A stretch of 64,000 bases of DNA from an uncultured virus (IMG/VR IMGVR_UViG_3300030061_000857) (IMGVR_UViG_3300030061_000857); one strand, 5' to 3'. Positions 29,733-40,083 are shown, counted from the first letter of the stretch. The notes: a model not told the origin generated them from the letters alone. Made by a program: numbers and translations.

Positions 29733-30182
29733 TTATAGTTGCTTAATAAGCTCTATAACCTCATCTACTTGTGTTTTATTTCTTGGCATAAATAATACAT
29801 AGTGATGATTATTATCTTTTAGATGTTTTTTAAATAGTTTCCATCTCAACGGAAAAGACTCATTGGCATAGCCTTTTGTTTCAATGATAAACTTACCATT
29901 AGGATCAACAAAATCTGGGGTATAAGTTATAGCCCGTATTTTACTGCCTTTATTATACAGTTTCTTAGCTGTACCTTCATAGCATGCTTGAGGATATACT
30001 AAAGGATCAAAGATTGTAAATGTGTGCTGTTCATATTCAACGTCAACTTCAGCCTTTTTTAGTCCTTTATAACAATAAAGTTCTAGATTAGACTGAAAAG
30101 TCTTACCGTCATACGTACTTTTTTTAGCATTTTTTACTTTCTTACGTCCTGGTTTACTTCTAGCTTTTCTCTTCCAGGCCAT
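29733..30182 (-). CDS. PD-(D/E)xK endonuclease (DUF1064/endonuclease I-like, possible Holliday junction resolvase)
   Basis: FQSNLE...YE...YTPDFV...IIETKG. Confidence 0.8.
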   Translation of the reverse strand: MAWKRKARSKPGRKKVKNAKKSTYDGKTFQSNLELYCYKGLKKAEVDVEYEQHTFTIFDPLVYPQACYEGTAKKLYNKGSKIRAITYTPDFVDPNGKFIIETKGYANESFPLRWKLFKKHLKDNNHHYVLFMPRNKTQVDEVIELIKQL

Positions 30183-31329
30183 AGCTCATTACATTTGTTT
30201 GGAGGTACCCTTCCAGTCCTCTGTTCTTATTCCATATAAAAGCTTGACCACATCTAAGTGTTCCTACATAGCCTTGAGTTTTGTGCCAAGTGTCATTAGC
30301 ACAAATACTAGGAATAAATCTAACCTTAGTTCCCATGTATTCATTAAGCATTTCTTTATGCTTATGTCCACAATGTACTTCCCTAACTTTACATCTACTC
30401 CACATCTCAGGTTGTTCTGTAGCAATCAACAGCGGTAATTCTTGCGCTTTCTCCTTGTCTCCATGTGTAAACATGATCATATTTATACCATACTCATAAT
30501 ATTTACGTGACTCTAGACTATTATCTACAGTTACATTTTTATTATTATGATATAAAGCATCTAAAACCTCTCCTACATAAAACATGCGCTCGAAGTCATG
30601 ATTACCTTGTATTACAACTACATCTACCGGGGCATACTGTGATAAATAATCAATAGCTTTTGTAACTAAGTGCCAGTATCCTCTAAAAGATTGACGCCAA
30701 CGCATACTATCTTGCTGAGGTGTCCCTTTTGTTGTAGCTCTACTCATACCTTCTGAGTTTAGACCATCATTACCTACCGGTAATAAAAATCTATCTATCT
30801 CAAGACCATCAGCTTTTCTATGTAAATCTACTATAGCTTTCATATAGTTTCTTTCTAGCGCTTCTGGTCCTTCATCAGTAATTTTACCATAATGTATATC
30901 TGGTAGTGATATTTCATACAGCACAGGATCTTTTGGCTTTGTATATTTAATCTTAGCTACTTTAGCAGATCTATTCTTTATATAGTTTAGTAACTCATCC
31001 TTAACTTGCGGCTGTTCATGCCACTGATTATGTGTTACTATACTATAACGTTGTTCACCATTAAAGTTTTGCCAAAATTTAACAGACTTTACATCTGCCA
31101 TTGTTAATCCATTATCTAATAAATGTTTTGAAAATGCTTGGCTTTCGCTAAGCTCATGACCATTATCATTATTCATGCGCTCTTGCACCCACTCTTCTGA
31201 GTTTACAAGTTTTTTACAATCTCTAATAATAGCTATGTCTACATCCCATTTATCAGCTAGGAACTGTGCTCCTTTTTTTAAGTATCCTTTTCGTGTTCTT
31301 AATTTTTCAATAATTTCATCTCGTGTCAT
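30160..31329 (-). CDS. Calcineurin-like metallophosphoesterase
   Basis: LPDIHYG, GND, GNHD, FTHGD and HCGHKH motifs. Confidence 0.85.
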   Translation of the reverse strand: MTRDEIIEKLRTRKGYLKKGAQFLADKWDVDIAIIRDCKKLVNSEEWVQERMNNDNGHELSESQAFSKHLLDNGLTMADVKSVKFWQNFNGEQRYSIVTHNQWHEQPQVKDELLNYIKNRSAKVAKIKYTKPKDPVLYEISLPDIHYGKITDEGPEALERNYMKAIVDLHRKADGLEIDRFLLPVGNDGLNSEGMSRATTKGTPQQDSMRWRQSFRGYWHLVTKAIDYLSQYAPVDVVVIQGNHDFERMFYVGEVLDALYHNNKNVTVDNSLESRKYYEYGINMIMFTHGDKEKAQELPLLIATEQPEMWSRCKVREVHCGHKHKEMLNEYMGTKVRFIPSICANDTWHKTQGYVGTLRCGQAFIWNKNRGLEGYLQTNVMSYGLEEKS

Positions 31330-32317
31330 TTAATATGTTTTTAAGTTCAATGAACCCGCATGTCTTACTTACTAAGTCTGATGGATCTTTAGACTGATAG
31401 TAATCAGGTATGCATATGTTCGTAAAACCATATAAATCACAAATCTTTTTAGCCATAGCTTGGCCAGGATTTGTCACTTTGTCGAAATCATTGTCGTATA
31501 AAATATCTATCTGGCTAAATCTTTCTTTTAGCTCAGTTACCAATTTAGCTGAAGGTATTTGCATTTCGCTTTGTAGTGCAATTGCATGATAACCTGCAGC
31601 ATACAAACACATAACATCTTTAAGCGATGAAGTAATGATAAGTCTCTCACCTTTATACGGGAGTTGGTTATAGCCTTGGACATCTGTCTTTTTTGTATTG
31701 CTTAACCACTTATTTTGTTCTTCATAAGGAGAATAAATTTTATATCGATTCTTGAATCTAAAAGCGTAAGTAATTGATTTACAACTAAATCTGTTACTAT
31801 TTACCCAGAAGTGACTTATAGGTTCGACCCCAAACATAGTCAATATTTTTTTACTAACAAAATATTTCTTCCAAAAGTTTGCGTCGTCCCTAGTCCACTG
31901 CCTACGGCGCTTCCTAAGTAAAACTTCAGGTTTAGTGTAATCTGGTGTTTTATTTTGTCTATAAGCCATTAGACCCATAGTAAATTTTATACCAGCTTTT
32001 TTAGAACTTAGATTAAGATTGAAATCAGAATCGATAATGTTTAACGCAGAGTAAAAATCACAATTATATTTAAACTTTACATAATTAAAGCAATCAAATG
32101 TGTGATCAGGAGAACCAAAGTCCTTATATAGTAACTTACCATTATACGGTATTATAGAAACTGTAGGTGAATTATCTTGTCGAAGGTCACTCTTAAATTT
32201 CTTACCAAGTATTTTAAAGTTTGGGCAATAATACCTAAAAATGTCATACTCAGTAATTTTACTAAGTATGACATCGGTATGTAGGTGATCGTTACTATCT
32301 CTACGATCAACGGCCAT
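31316..32317 (-). CDS. DNA primase (DnaG/TOPRIM, crAss-like)
   Basis: YKDFG..DCF N-terminal region, IITSSLKDVM, ILYDND (DxD), KDPSD. Confidence 0.85.
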   Translation of the reverse strand: MAVDRRDSNDHLHTDVILSKITEYDIFRYYCPNFKILGKKFKSDLRQDNSPTVSIIPYNGKLLYKDFGSPDHTFDCFNYVKFKYNCDFYSALNIIDSDFNLNLSSKKAGIKFTMGLMAYRQNKTPDYTKPEVLLRKRRRQWTRDDANFWKKYFVSKKILTMFGVEPISHFWVNSNRFSCKSITYAFRFKNRYKIYSPYEEQNKWLSNTKKTDVQGYNQLPYKGERLIITSSLKDVMCLYAAGYHAIALQSEMQIPSAKLVTELKERFSQIDILYDNDFDKVTNPGQAMAKKICDLYGFTNICIPDYYQSKDPSDLVSKTCGFIELKNILNDTR

Positions 32318-33087
32318 TAGAAAGGAGCGCTCTCTGCTGGCTGTGCGGTAGTCCAGTCTTCTTCCTCACTAATAGTGTCAGGAGTAACTAGGCTAACTGT
32401 AGATACATGCTTACCCCACTTGAGGTCTGCATTGAAATCGTGATTTTTGAACTGAGTATACTCATCATTAAGAGCTTTCATAAATAAATCATCTCTTTGT
32501 GGTCTAACTCTGCCAAAATAACCAGTGTAAATACCTTGATATTTATCATCTTTTACACCGATCAATACTCTAAGTTGATTAGTCTTAAGCACTTTTGCTA
32601 GGTTCTTGATCTCTGCAACGTTACCGTTAACAATATCAGCCATGGTATCATAATACACATTAGCACCTGCTGCAACATTTGCCCAAGCTTTTGTAAACTC
32701 AATTAGTTCTCTCTCGCCGTCATAAGCTTTTCTCTCACCGTCTTTCTTCCACCAGTCATAAGTTGGTGCATCAGTTGACCATGTAGATTGACCTACATTG
32801 TTTAGCCATAGAGACTTTCCAGTTTGAGATAGTTTATGATTATTCTTTAGAAACAAATCTAGTTTAAATTTACCATCTTCATTTGCAAGCCAGAACGTTA
32901 CTTTGTTCCAGTCTTGATCATTGCTAGTACCTGAGTATGCAGGTTCTTGTTTTACATTTATGTCTAGCGCATGTAGTTCTGCCATTGTAGGGTTAACTGC
33001 AACAACATTTACATTTGTTAGACCGGAGTAGAATTCTCTACCACCTCCTGATACCTCTTCGGTACTTGCATTACTTTGTATTGCCAT
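32317..33087 (-). CDS. Putative single-stranded DNA-binding protein
   Basis: Beta-rich; acidic tail ending in PF (EEEDW...SAPF); lies between the Sak4-like ATPase and primase. Confidence 0.55.
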   Translation of the reverse strand: MAIQSNASTEEVSGGGREFYSGLTNVNVVAVNPTMAELHALDINVKQEPAYSGTSNDQDWNKVTFWLANEDGKFKLDLFLKNNHKLSQTGKSLWLNNVGQSTWSTDAPTYDWWKKDGERKAYDGERELIEFTKAWANVAAGANVYYDTMADIVNGNVAEIKNLAKVLKTNQLRVLIGVKDDKYQGIYTGYFGRVRPQRDDLFMKALNDEYTQFKNHDFNADLKWGKHVSTVSLVTPDTISEEEDWTTAQPAESAPF

Positions 33088-33106
33088 ATCTATATATATT
33101 TAATTA

Positions 33107-33496
33107 TTAAAATTGTGTTAATTGATTATCGTCTGTAGATTCTATAGTATCTATTGTATTAGCTATAGAGTCCATAGCTGCCTCTTCGTTTACTTCAGTT
33201 TCTACCGTAGGTACAGGAATACTAGTTTGATTTGTATCATCTACATCTACTTCTGCAAATGTAGTATCATCTACAAAAGTAAACGACAGTTTTCTAATCT
33301 TTTTAGCTTTCTTACCTTTTAGTGCAGGGTGCTCAAACATTTGTTTTACTTCCCATGCCTGTAAACTATACTTATCTCTGATCCCATTACGGTCTACACC
33401 GTTATCTAGGTCAGCTATAATCATACTAGTAGTTATTCTTGCTGGTGTCTCTTGTTTTACAACCCCACCAGGAGTTGGTTCATTCGCGTCTATCAT
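33107..33496 (-). CDS. Hypothetical protein (HTH-like N-terminus, acidic tail)
   Basis: 129-aa ORF within the replication operon. Confidence 0.65.
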   Translation of the reverse strand: MIDANEPTPGGVVKQETPARITTSMIIADLDNGVDRNGIRDKYSLQAWEVKQMFEHPALKGKKAKKIRKLSFTFVDDTTFAEVDVDDTNQTSIPVPTVETEVNEEAAMDSIANTIDTIESTDDNQLTQF

Positions 33497-33512
33497 AGTT
33501 TTCGTGATTTAA

Positions 33513-34220
33513 TTAGTCTATAAAAATTTGATCCCAAGCTAAAGGCATGGTTGCGCCTTTTAAATGTGCACATCTAGAACCTGCAGTTACATCGTCTAGA
33601 GAGTTAAAACTAATCATAGTCTCATCTTCTTCTCTATATACATAACCTACAGCATCTGCATTAGCACATGTAATTTGTTTAATCTTACCTGTAAGGTCAA
33701 GATCCTTTACTGCTACCTCTTTACCTTTCTTCTCTAGCATTTTATCTTTTAGATGACCTACAAGAATAATATGATCTGCTAGTTTATTTAGCTTGTCAAT
33801 CCATTCTTTGTATGCCATACGCAAATACAAATAACCAGCACCGTTAGGCAATGACAATACAGATAATCCTTCTTTCTTAACGTCAAAGTTCTTACCCATA
33901 GGTGTCTTTTGATATATTGCTTTTGCATGTAATTCACACCATTCTTCTAGTTTAGATATAGTGTCGATAGCTACATATTTGTACGGTCTGCCCTGCTTCA
34001 TGATCTCACTACCAATAGCCTGCAAGTCTGCAAGACTATTTGCTTTTACTTTTAGTGCATCAACCATATCAGAACCATCCTCTAGATCTATAATCAAACA
34101 GTTGTCAAGCTGTGACAATACTGTAGTCTTACCGATCTTTGGTGGACCATATATAACCATATTTTTAGGCGATTTACGGCTCGCCATAACCTTAACTTTA
34201 GGTAATTCCATAGTTTCCAT
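33513..34220 (-). CDS. AAA_24/Sak4-like ATPase (ssDNA annealing)
   Basis: Walker A GPPKIGKT, IIDLEDG, VAIDTI, ILVGH. Start reassigned to METMELPK at 34220 because a small ORF occupies 34225-34365. Confidence 0.85.
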   Translation of the reverse strand: METMELPKVKVMASRKSPKNMVIYGPPKIGKTTVLSQLDNCLIIDLEDGSDMVDALKVKANSLADLQAIGSEIMKQGRPYKYVAIDTISKLEEWCELHAKAIYQKTPMGKNFDVKKEGLSVLSLPNGAGYLYLRMAYKEWIDKLNKLADHIILVGHLKDKMLEKKGKEVAVKDLDLTGKIKQITCANADAVGYVYREEDETMISFNSLDDVTAGSRCAHLKGATMPLAWDQIFID

Positions 34221-34224
34221 ATAA

Positions 34225-34365
34225 TTAGTTTTCATACCACACGCCCCAGATTTTACATCCATGACTAGTAGTGTTTATTAATACTCTTTTTATTACTTTC
34301 TTTTCTTTAGTTTCGCTAGCATCCATATACTTAGGATTCTTGCTATTTAATTTTCTTTTCTTCAT
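34225..34365 (-). CDS. Small basic protein (46 aa), absent from the ORF track
   Basis: MKKRKLNSKNPKYMDASETKEKKVIKRVLINTTSHGCKIWGVWYEN*. ATGA overlap with the helicase stop; fills the gap exactly. Confidence 0.65.
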   Translation of the reverse strand: MKKRKLNSKNPKYMDASETKEKKVIKRVLINTTSHGCKIWGVWYEN

Positions 34366-35318
34366 TCTTTTGCTCTCTCTTTAATTGTAAATGTTGACAT
34401 CTCCGCTTCGTACGGTATCATACCTAGCAAACCATCACGGTTTTTCTCCATGTGTACTGCTAGCAGACCAACAGGATTCTCATTACAGTATGTATCTGTA
34501 ATCCCATATAGATCATGTGGTCTTTGTAACATCATAACAACATGTGCATCCTGACCAATAGAGTCACCGCCAAACAAATCTGTTAGCAGCGGCTGATACT
34601 GTGCCTTAGCACGATGTTCTTGTTCTATGTTACGGTTTAACTGAGATAATAGAATGTTTATAGTCCCCATTTTAGCTTGCAACCACATACATCCTTTTGA
34701 TACCTCATTTAGTTTTTGTAATTCTTGTTCTCTACTACTTAAGATCAGTCTAGAGTGATCGAATACATTAATAATGGTGTAATCAGGCCTTTTGTTAGTT
34801 ATATCTACATTAGCCTCTTTGATAAACTCCATATCTCTAGGTACATTGTTAAAGTATACAGGATAGTTCCCATACTTTAGTACCTCTTCCTTAAATTTTT
34901 GATAAGCACTCTGTTCTAGTTTCTTTTCTACAGATAACAGCTCACCTACCTGTTTGTTTACGCCTTTTGAGCCTGCACGCAGTATCTGCTGATAACCGGG
35001 CATCTCGAAAGTCCAATACAATACAAGCAAATTCTTACCTATATTGTTATCCAATAAATCAAAGATCAATTGGTTACTAAACGCTGATTTACCTACACCT
35101 GGACGACCTGCAATTACATACATCTTACCTGGTTGCAAACCACCTAGTAAGTTTTTGTTTAGTCTTGCCCATTTGGTAGGATACACCATACGTCTACCAT
35201 TCATACCATCAGCTACCTGGTGCAATGACGCACTAATAGCTTTTCTTATGCTCTTAAATCCCTTATCCTTAAAGGGATCTTGTAATTCTGTTGGTTTCTT
35301 GTCTTGTGTCATTTTCAT
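34362..35318 (-). CDS. DnaB-like replicative helicase (ATPase domain only)
   Basis: AGRPGVGKS, FEM, LSQLNR, SIGQDA, EKNRDG. Confidence 0.9.
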   Translation of the reverse strand: MKMTQDKKPTELQDPFKDKGFKSIRKAISASLHQVADGMNGRRMVYPTKWARLNKNLLGGLQPGKMYVIAGRPGVGKSAFSNQLIFDLLDNNIGKNLLVLYWTFEMPGYQQILRAGSKGVNKQVGELLSVEKKLEQSAYQKFKEEVLKYGNYPVYFNNVPRDMEFIKEANVDITNKRPDYTIINVFDHSRLILSSREQELQKLNEVSKGCMWLQAKMGTINILLSQLNRNIEQEHRAKAQYQPLLTDLFGGDSIGQDAHVVMMLQRPHDLYGITDTYCNENPVGLLAVHMEKNRDGLLGMIPYEAEMSTFTIKERAKE

Positions 35319-35820
35319 CTAAGTTTTCATACTTCTCCCAAGTATGGTTATTAATCCATGTTTCTAAGTTTTGCATATATGCAAGATTGTGCCTTTCTAT
35401 TGTAAGTTGTGTATCTAAACACTTTATTATGTGTTTGTGTTTATATAGCTTATCCCCTACTATTTTTTTATATTTTGCTTTGCTCTTTGCATTAGCCTTA
35501 GAATCTGGATCCTTAGCATGTAACACTCTGACACCACGATCTGTAGTCATTACTTTCATAGGATAATTACCTATAAGCTCAGCAAACATCTGATCAAAAT
35601 TCGAAGAGAAAAGATCTATGAACTCTTGTCTTATAAAATGTTGATCAGGTGTTTCGCCTAGCTTAATATATCCATCTTCTTGTAACTTCTCTAGATTTGG
35701 TTTTAGATTAAGATTGTTTAAATATGCATAACTTTCCTTGTAGATAACATATAGGTATAGATAATCGTCAGCAGACATACCTGTCTGTTCTAACACTTCA
35801 AAATCTATATCTACATTCAT
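35269..35820 (-). CDS. Putative replication initiator/helicase partner
   Basis: wHTH-like N-terminus, F..L...YP segment and QNLETWINNHTWEKY C-terminus typical of phage replisome organisers; directly upstream of the DnaB-like gene. Confidence 0.5.
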   Translation of the reverse strand: MNVDIDFEVLEQTGMSADDYLYLYVIYKESYAYLNNLNLKPNLEKLQEDGYIKLGETPDQHFIRQEFIDLFSSNFDQMFAELIGNYPMKVMTTDRGVRVLHAKDPDSKANAKSKAKYKKIVGDKLYKHKHIIKCLDTQLTIERHNLAYMQNLETWINNHTWEKYENLDENDTRQETNRITRSL

Positions 35821-35872
35821 ATGGCAGTAATGGTTATAAAAAGTTTTGTTATACTAATTTTAAATCTAAAAG

Positions 35873-35904
35873 CAAATATAATAAATTTTGTTATCATCTA
35901 CAAA
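35873..35904 (-). promoter_or_regulatory. Bacteroidota sigma-type promoter (TTTG-N20-TATATTTG)
   Basis: The - strand reads TTTG (35904-35901), a 20-nt spacer, then TATATTTG (35880-35873), upstream of the initiator/helicase/primase operon. Confidence 0.8.
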
Positions 35905-35916
35905 TAATTTGTATAA

Positions 35917-37086
35917 TTATTCCCAAACAACATTCTTAAGACTTTTTGTAGCCTTCTTAAGCCACTTTTCTTCCTGAGAATCAGCAACATAGATAATTAC
36001 TATCTTACCAATTTTATCCTCCTGGAAACGTATTAATCGTCCCACACGCTGTATCATAGACAAAGCTTTGCTTGTAATACCACACATAATACCCATATTT
36101 GCGTTGGGAACATCAAAGCCTTGATTAAGAGCTTTTGTAGAAAATAGCACATTTATATCATCATTTTTAAATGATTCTAGTGCTAATTCTTTCTGCTTTT
36201 TTGTTTTGTTAGAGTGATAAGCCATACCACCTGGTATAGAATCACACAATTGATCCGTAAATGCATTTGCACCACCAAATACTAGTATTTTCTTGTCTGT
36301 ATTTGATGCATATATCTGCTGAAACTTATTTATCTTGTTTTCTGCAAAATCTACAATCTGTTTACGAGCTCTAATACATCTATAAAACTGTACCGCTGCT
36401 TGTATTTGCACACCACTAGCATTTCTTTTAGCCAAAATTCTTCTAGCCTCGTTAAATGCATCAAAGTTACCTAGTTGCAGCTTCCAATAAACATATTTAT
36501 TATTTATCTTTTTGTATGTTGCTTTCTCTTCTTCTGTAAGCTCTACAGGTACACATGTAATCTCATAAGGACTAACAATACCTAGTTTTACACATCTATC
36601 TAGTGTAATTTTGTATGCAGTTGGTGCTATTTCTTGCAATAACTCTTTGTATTCCATTTCTTCTGGTAATGTTGCAGTCATACACAACAATCTATCAAAA
36701 TGATTATTCTCAAAGAACATACGATACTGTGGTGACAAACCTAAATGTATCTCGTCACACACAACAATATCATAATGATGTCCTTGTAATTTATATGCAC
36801 TTTGATAACACATAACTGTCACATTATCAGACGATACACCCCATTTATCAAATTCTTCTACAAACTGATCTTGCAATTGTACAGTAGGCACAAGTATCAA
36901 TGCATCACCACCATTTTTTAGTGCATGTTCCACTGCTAATACACCAACTCTAGATTTACCGAAGCCTGTACCTGCAATAACAGAACCAACAAAGTTTTGA
37001 GAAGCCCATGCATTTAGGGCCTTTCTTTGTTCTTTATCTCTTATTTTATTTATTTTACTCACAATATCATCGTCTTTAGTTACCAT
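35917..37086 (-). CDS. Superfamily 2 helicase (DEAD/ResIII-like)
   Basis: AGTGFGKS, VCDEIH, MTAT, QGFDVP, QRVGRLIR. Confidence 0.9.
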   Translation of the reverse strand: MVTKDDDIVSKINKIRDKEQRKALNAWASQNFVGSVIAGTGFGKSRVGVLAVEHALKNGGDALILVPTVQLQDQFVEEFDKWGVSSDNVTVMCYQSAYKLQGHHYDIVVCDEIHLGLSPQYRMFFENNHFDRLLCMTATLPEEMEYKELLQEIAPTAYKITLDRCVKLGIVSPYEITCVPVELTEEEKATYKKINNKYVYWKLQLGNFDAFNEARRILAKRNASGVQIQAAVQFYRCIRARKQIVDFAENKINKFQQIYASNTDKKILVFGGANAFTDQLCDSIPGGMAYHSNKTKKQKELALESFKNDDINVLFSTKALNQGFDVPNANMGIMCGITSKALSMIQRVGRLIRFQEDKIGKIVIIYVADSQEEKWLKKATKSLKNVVWE

Positions 37087-37382
37087 TTTTTAATGCCTTT
37101 TAAATTAATAATCCTATCTATTCTATCTTTCTTTAGTTTATATCTACTCATATCATTATGCACCGCTAGCTGCTTTGCTGTTGGCAGAGGTTTATAATCT
37201 TCTGGCGCAGCTACAAATTGACTATAGTTTGTACCTTCATACCTATACTTTTTTACTCTAACCTCTATTAAATTAGTAGGTTTAAAATAATCATCAAATT
37301 CTCTTACTTTGCCTGCATATATCTTATCTAGATATTGTTTCTGTTTCAGTTCTGCTATTATATCTCTAGTTTCCTCCTTCAT
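37080..37382 (-). CDS. Hypothetical protein
   Basis: 100-aa ORF overlapping both neighbours. Confidence 0.65.
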   Translation of the reverse strand: MKEETRDIIAELKQKQYLDKIYAGKVREFDDYFKPTNLIEVRVKKYRYEGTNYSQFVAAPEDYKPLPTAKQLAVHNDMSRYKLKKDRIDRIINLKGIKKW

Positions 37383-38091
37383 ACTCTACAATATTTGATG
37401 TGTTCCACTCTATAGATTTATCAATAGTTTCATTAATGATATTAAAATGCCCACAAGTATAAAACCCACTATTACCACCAGTGTAAGATTCGCTAGCAGG
37501 ATGAGCAGCTTTAAGAATAGTTTGATTCCCTCTAATATATTGTTCATAGTATTGTGCCTTTTTACCCCACAGTACAAAAACAAGATTAGATTTATTTCTA
37601 GATAACATTTCTATAAACATTCTTGTAAAATCTTTCCATAACTCTGTATGTGATCCGGCTTTACCTTGTTCTACAGTCAATGCTGTGTTAAGTAACAACA
37701 CACCCTGTCTTGCCCAACTCTCTAATGATACATCTATATCTAACAATCCTTTTACATTTACTTCATGCTTGTTACCATAATCTATTTCTACAGCTGTGAT
37801 TATATTCTTTAAACTTGGACTAACTTTACGTGTACCTGTACGATTGGCAAACGCTAGTCCTGTTGCGCTACCATCATGATACGGATCTTGTCCCAATATT
37901 ACAACTCTTACATCTTTTAGCGGACATAATCTAAATGCCTTAAATGTTCTAGATGTCTCCGGTAATATTGTTACACCTGCAGCTCTACGATCTCTAATAT
38001 GTGCTGCTATTTTTTGAAACGTTTTTGTTTGTAGGATAGGTAACAACATTGGATACCAGTCTCCTAATTGACTTTGCATTATTTTACTCAT
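37366..38091 (-). CDS. ung: Uracil-DNA glycosylase, family 1
   Basis: VVILGQDPYH, GLAF, WARQGVLLLNTALTV, FVLWG, HPAS. Likely start MSKIMQ at 38091. Confidence 0.9.
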   Translation of the reverse strand: MSKIMQSQLGDWYPMLLPILQTKTFQKIAAHIRDRRAAGVTILPETSRTFKAFRLCPLKDVRVVILGQDPYHDGSATGLAFANRTGTRKVSPSLKNIITAVEIDYGNKHEVNVKGLLDIDVSLESWARQGVLLLNTALTVEQGKAGSHTELWKDFTRMFIEMLSRNKSNLVFVLWGKKAQYYEQYIRGNQTILKAAHPASESYTGGNSGFYTCGHFNIINETIDKSIEWNTSNIVEYEGGN

Positions 38092-38184
38092 ATATATAGT
38101 TTTATAAATAAACATGAGTGAGGCAAACATTTAATATTAGGGATGTCTCTTAAACACCCGGTTAGATTAGAACCTCACTCACAC

Positions 38185-40083
38185 TTATTTTTCCCAGCAA
38201 TTACTTACTGTTACTTCGGCTTTTAATAAGCCATTACTTACAATCTCCAAAGCTGCCTGTTCCATTAGACCTTTCATAACTACAGCCCAATCAGACACCT
38301 GATCATTTCTACATATAGTATCTATCTGATCATGCACAGTCATTACCACTTTAACCGGTAAATTATGTGCAGCTACATAATCTCTAATAAATACCAATGC
38401 CTTCTTAGTCATATCTGCAGATGCACCCTGTATAGGTGTGTTCTTGCTAGCACGCTCGATGCTACCCAGCTCCATGACTGACGATTTGTTATTCCAAATC
38501 TTTGGATACCATGTACTAAACCACCTCTTACGATTATATGGTGGGAAAGTTTTTATGTACCCAAACTTTTTACCAAAGTTACCTAGCTTATCTAGGAACC
38601 CTTTGATTGCCGGGAACGCTTGGAAATACTTTTCGATGAGGACTTTAGCTCCGTCCACACTGATGTTAAGAGTATCAGCAAGCTTATTAGGGCCCATGCC
38701 ATAAGCAAGCCCGAAATTAATAGTTTTGACATTTGTTCTCAATTTTTTATGCTTTGGACAATTACATTTCATTCTAAGTTTCATGTAAGCGCAATCATCC
38801 TCTGCTGCATTTAACCATTCTTCTCCATAAACTAACTCTGCACACGTAGAGTGTAAGTCTTCATTATTTTGTAGTGCTTTTATCCATACAGGATCCTTAG
38901 AACCAAATGCAATTACATTTAACTCCTGTGAACTGTAGTCTGCACTAACAAAACTCCAACCATCTGGTGCTGTAAAACAATTCCTGTAAATATTATCTGC
39001 AGGTATCTGCTGCATATTAGGTTTACTACTACTTACACGACCGGTGTCTAGTATCTGATGAAAGTTTGTATGTATTTTATTATCACTTGATAGGTTTTTA
39101 AAGAATGCATCACCATACGATGTGCATAATTTCATAGCCTCTTTATATTTTACATACTTGTCAATCAATGGATACTGAAATCTATACTTATACATTTGCT
39201 TACCATTTACATTATCTAGCTTTGGCACAAGACACTGAAATACTTCCAACACCTGTTTAGGTGATGTCCATTTTATATCTATCTTTCTCAAATCTTCTAC
39301 CGCTGTAAACAAATCTGCTTGTACATATTTAGATACAAATCTATCTAGACGAGGATCAAGTGTAACCATATGATCCAAACTATCTTGTAAATTATCAGCT
39401 TTTTCTGTGTTAACTTTCTCAATCTTCTTCCAACTCTCTGAATCTAAATCCAAACCATTGTACTCGATGTCTGCAAATGCTAGCACAACTTCATTCTCAA
39501 GATCAATAACTCTATTGAGTTGGTTTCTATCTACAAGTGGCAACTGATGTGTACGTATCTTTATCAAATACTCTACATCTTTTGCACCATACACAATCTG
39601 ATTATCTGTAAATGGTTTGCTAGCTAGTCCTATAAATTTACTACGCACCTCTTTATCTAGATCTACATCCAAATATCTTTTGCATACATCTTTCAGACCA
39701 TAACCATAGTTTTGTTTACCACAGTTTAGCACACGCTCTACCAAATATGTGTCATAGATACCTTCACATATAATATTTGACCACTTTTTAATAAACTTGT
39801 AGTCAAACTTTGCATTATGAAATATCTTTATAATGTTTTTGTTTTGTAATATATTACGTAGTGGTTCAATGCTGACACGTCTAGTGTCAATAACAAACTG
39901 CTGATTTTCATCACCAATCTGAAACATAATCATCTTCTTAGTAGTAAAATCAAAGCCCTCAGTCTCTGTGTCTACACCAAGTATCTGTTTTGTTTGACAA
40001 TACCTTACCACATCATCAATCATTGCTGACTGATAATGCGGAGAAGGTACAGTTTTTGATGAACCATCTACTAAATGTATCAT
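38185..40083 (-). CDS. polA: DNA polymerase family A with 3'-5' exonuclease domain
   Basis: GVDTET, FHNAKFD, YGAKDV (Exo I-III); TGRVSS..PNMQQIP; ADYSSQEL (motif A); KTINFGLAYG (motif B, Phe at the 762-equivalent); VHDQ (motif C). Confidence 0.95.
   Translation of the reverse strand: MIHLVDGSSKTVPSPHYQSAMIDDVVRYCQTKQILGVDTETEGFDFTTKKMIMFQIGDENQQFVIDTRRVSIEPLRNILQNKNIIKIFHNAKFDYKFIKKWSNIICEGIYDTYLVERVLNCGKQNYGYGLKDVCKRYLDVDLDKEVRSKFIGLASKPFTDNQIVYGAKDVEYLIKIRTHQLPLVDRNQLNRVIDLENEVVLAFADIEYNGLDLDSESWKKIEKVNTEKADNLQDSLDHMVTLDPRLDRFVSKYVQADLFTAVEDLRKIDIKWTSPKQVLEVFQCLVPKLDNVNGKQMYKYRFQYPLIDKYVKYKEAMKLCTSYGDAFFKNLSSDNKIHTNFHQILDTGRVSSSKPNMQQIPADNIYRNCFTAPDGWSFVSADYSSQELNVIAFGSKDPVWIKALQNNEDLHSTCAELVYGEEWLNAAEDDCAYMKLRMKCNCPKHKKLRTNVKTINFGLAYGMGPNKLADTLNISVDGAKVLIEKYFQAFPAIKGFLDKLGNFGKKFGYIKTFPPYNRKRWFSTWYPKIWNNKSSVMELGSIERASKNTPIQGASADMTKKALVFIRDYVAAHNLPVKVVMTVHDQIDTICRNDQVSDWAVVMKGLMEQAALEIVSNGLLKAEVTVSNCWEK

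Noticed and set aside
35269..35318. Programmed frameshift fusing the initiator-like gene to the DnaB-like gene
   Set aside because: The overlap is explained by an independent ATG (35318 or 35312); no clear slippery site seen.
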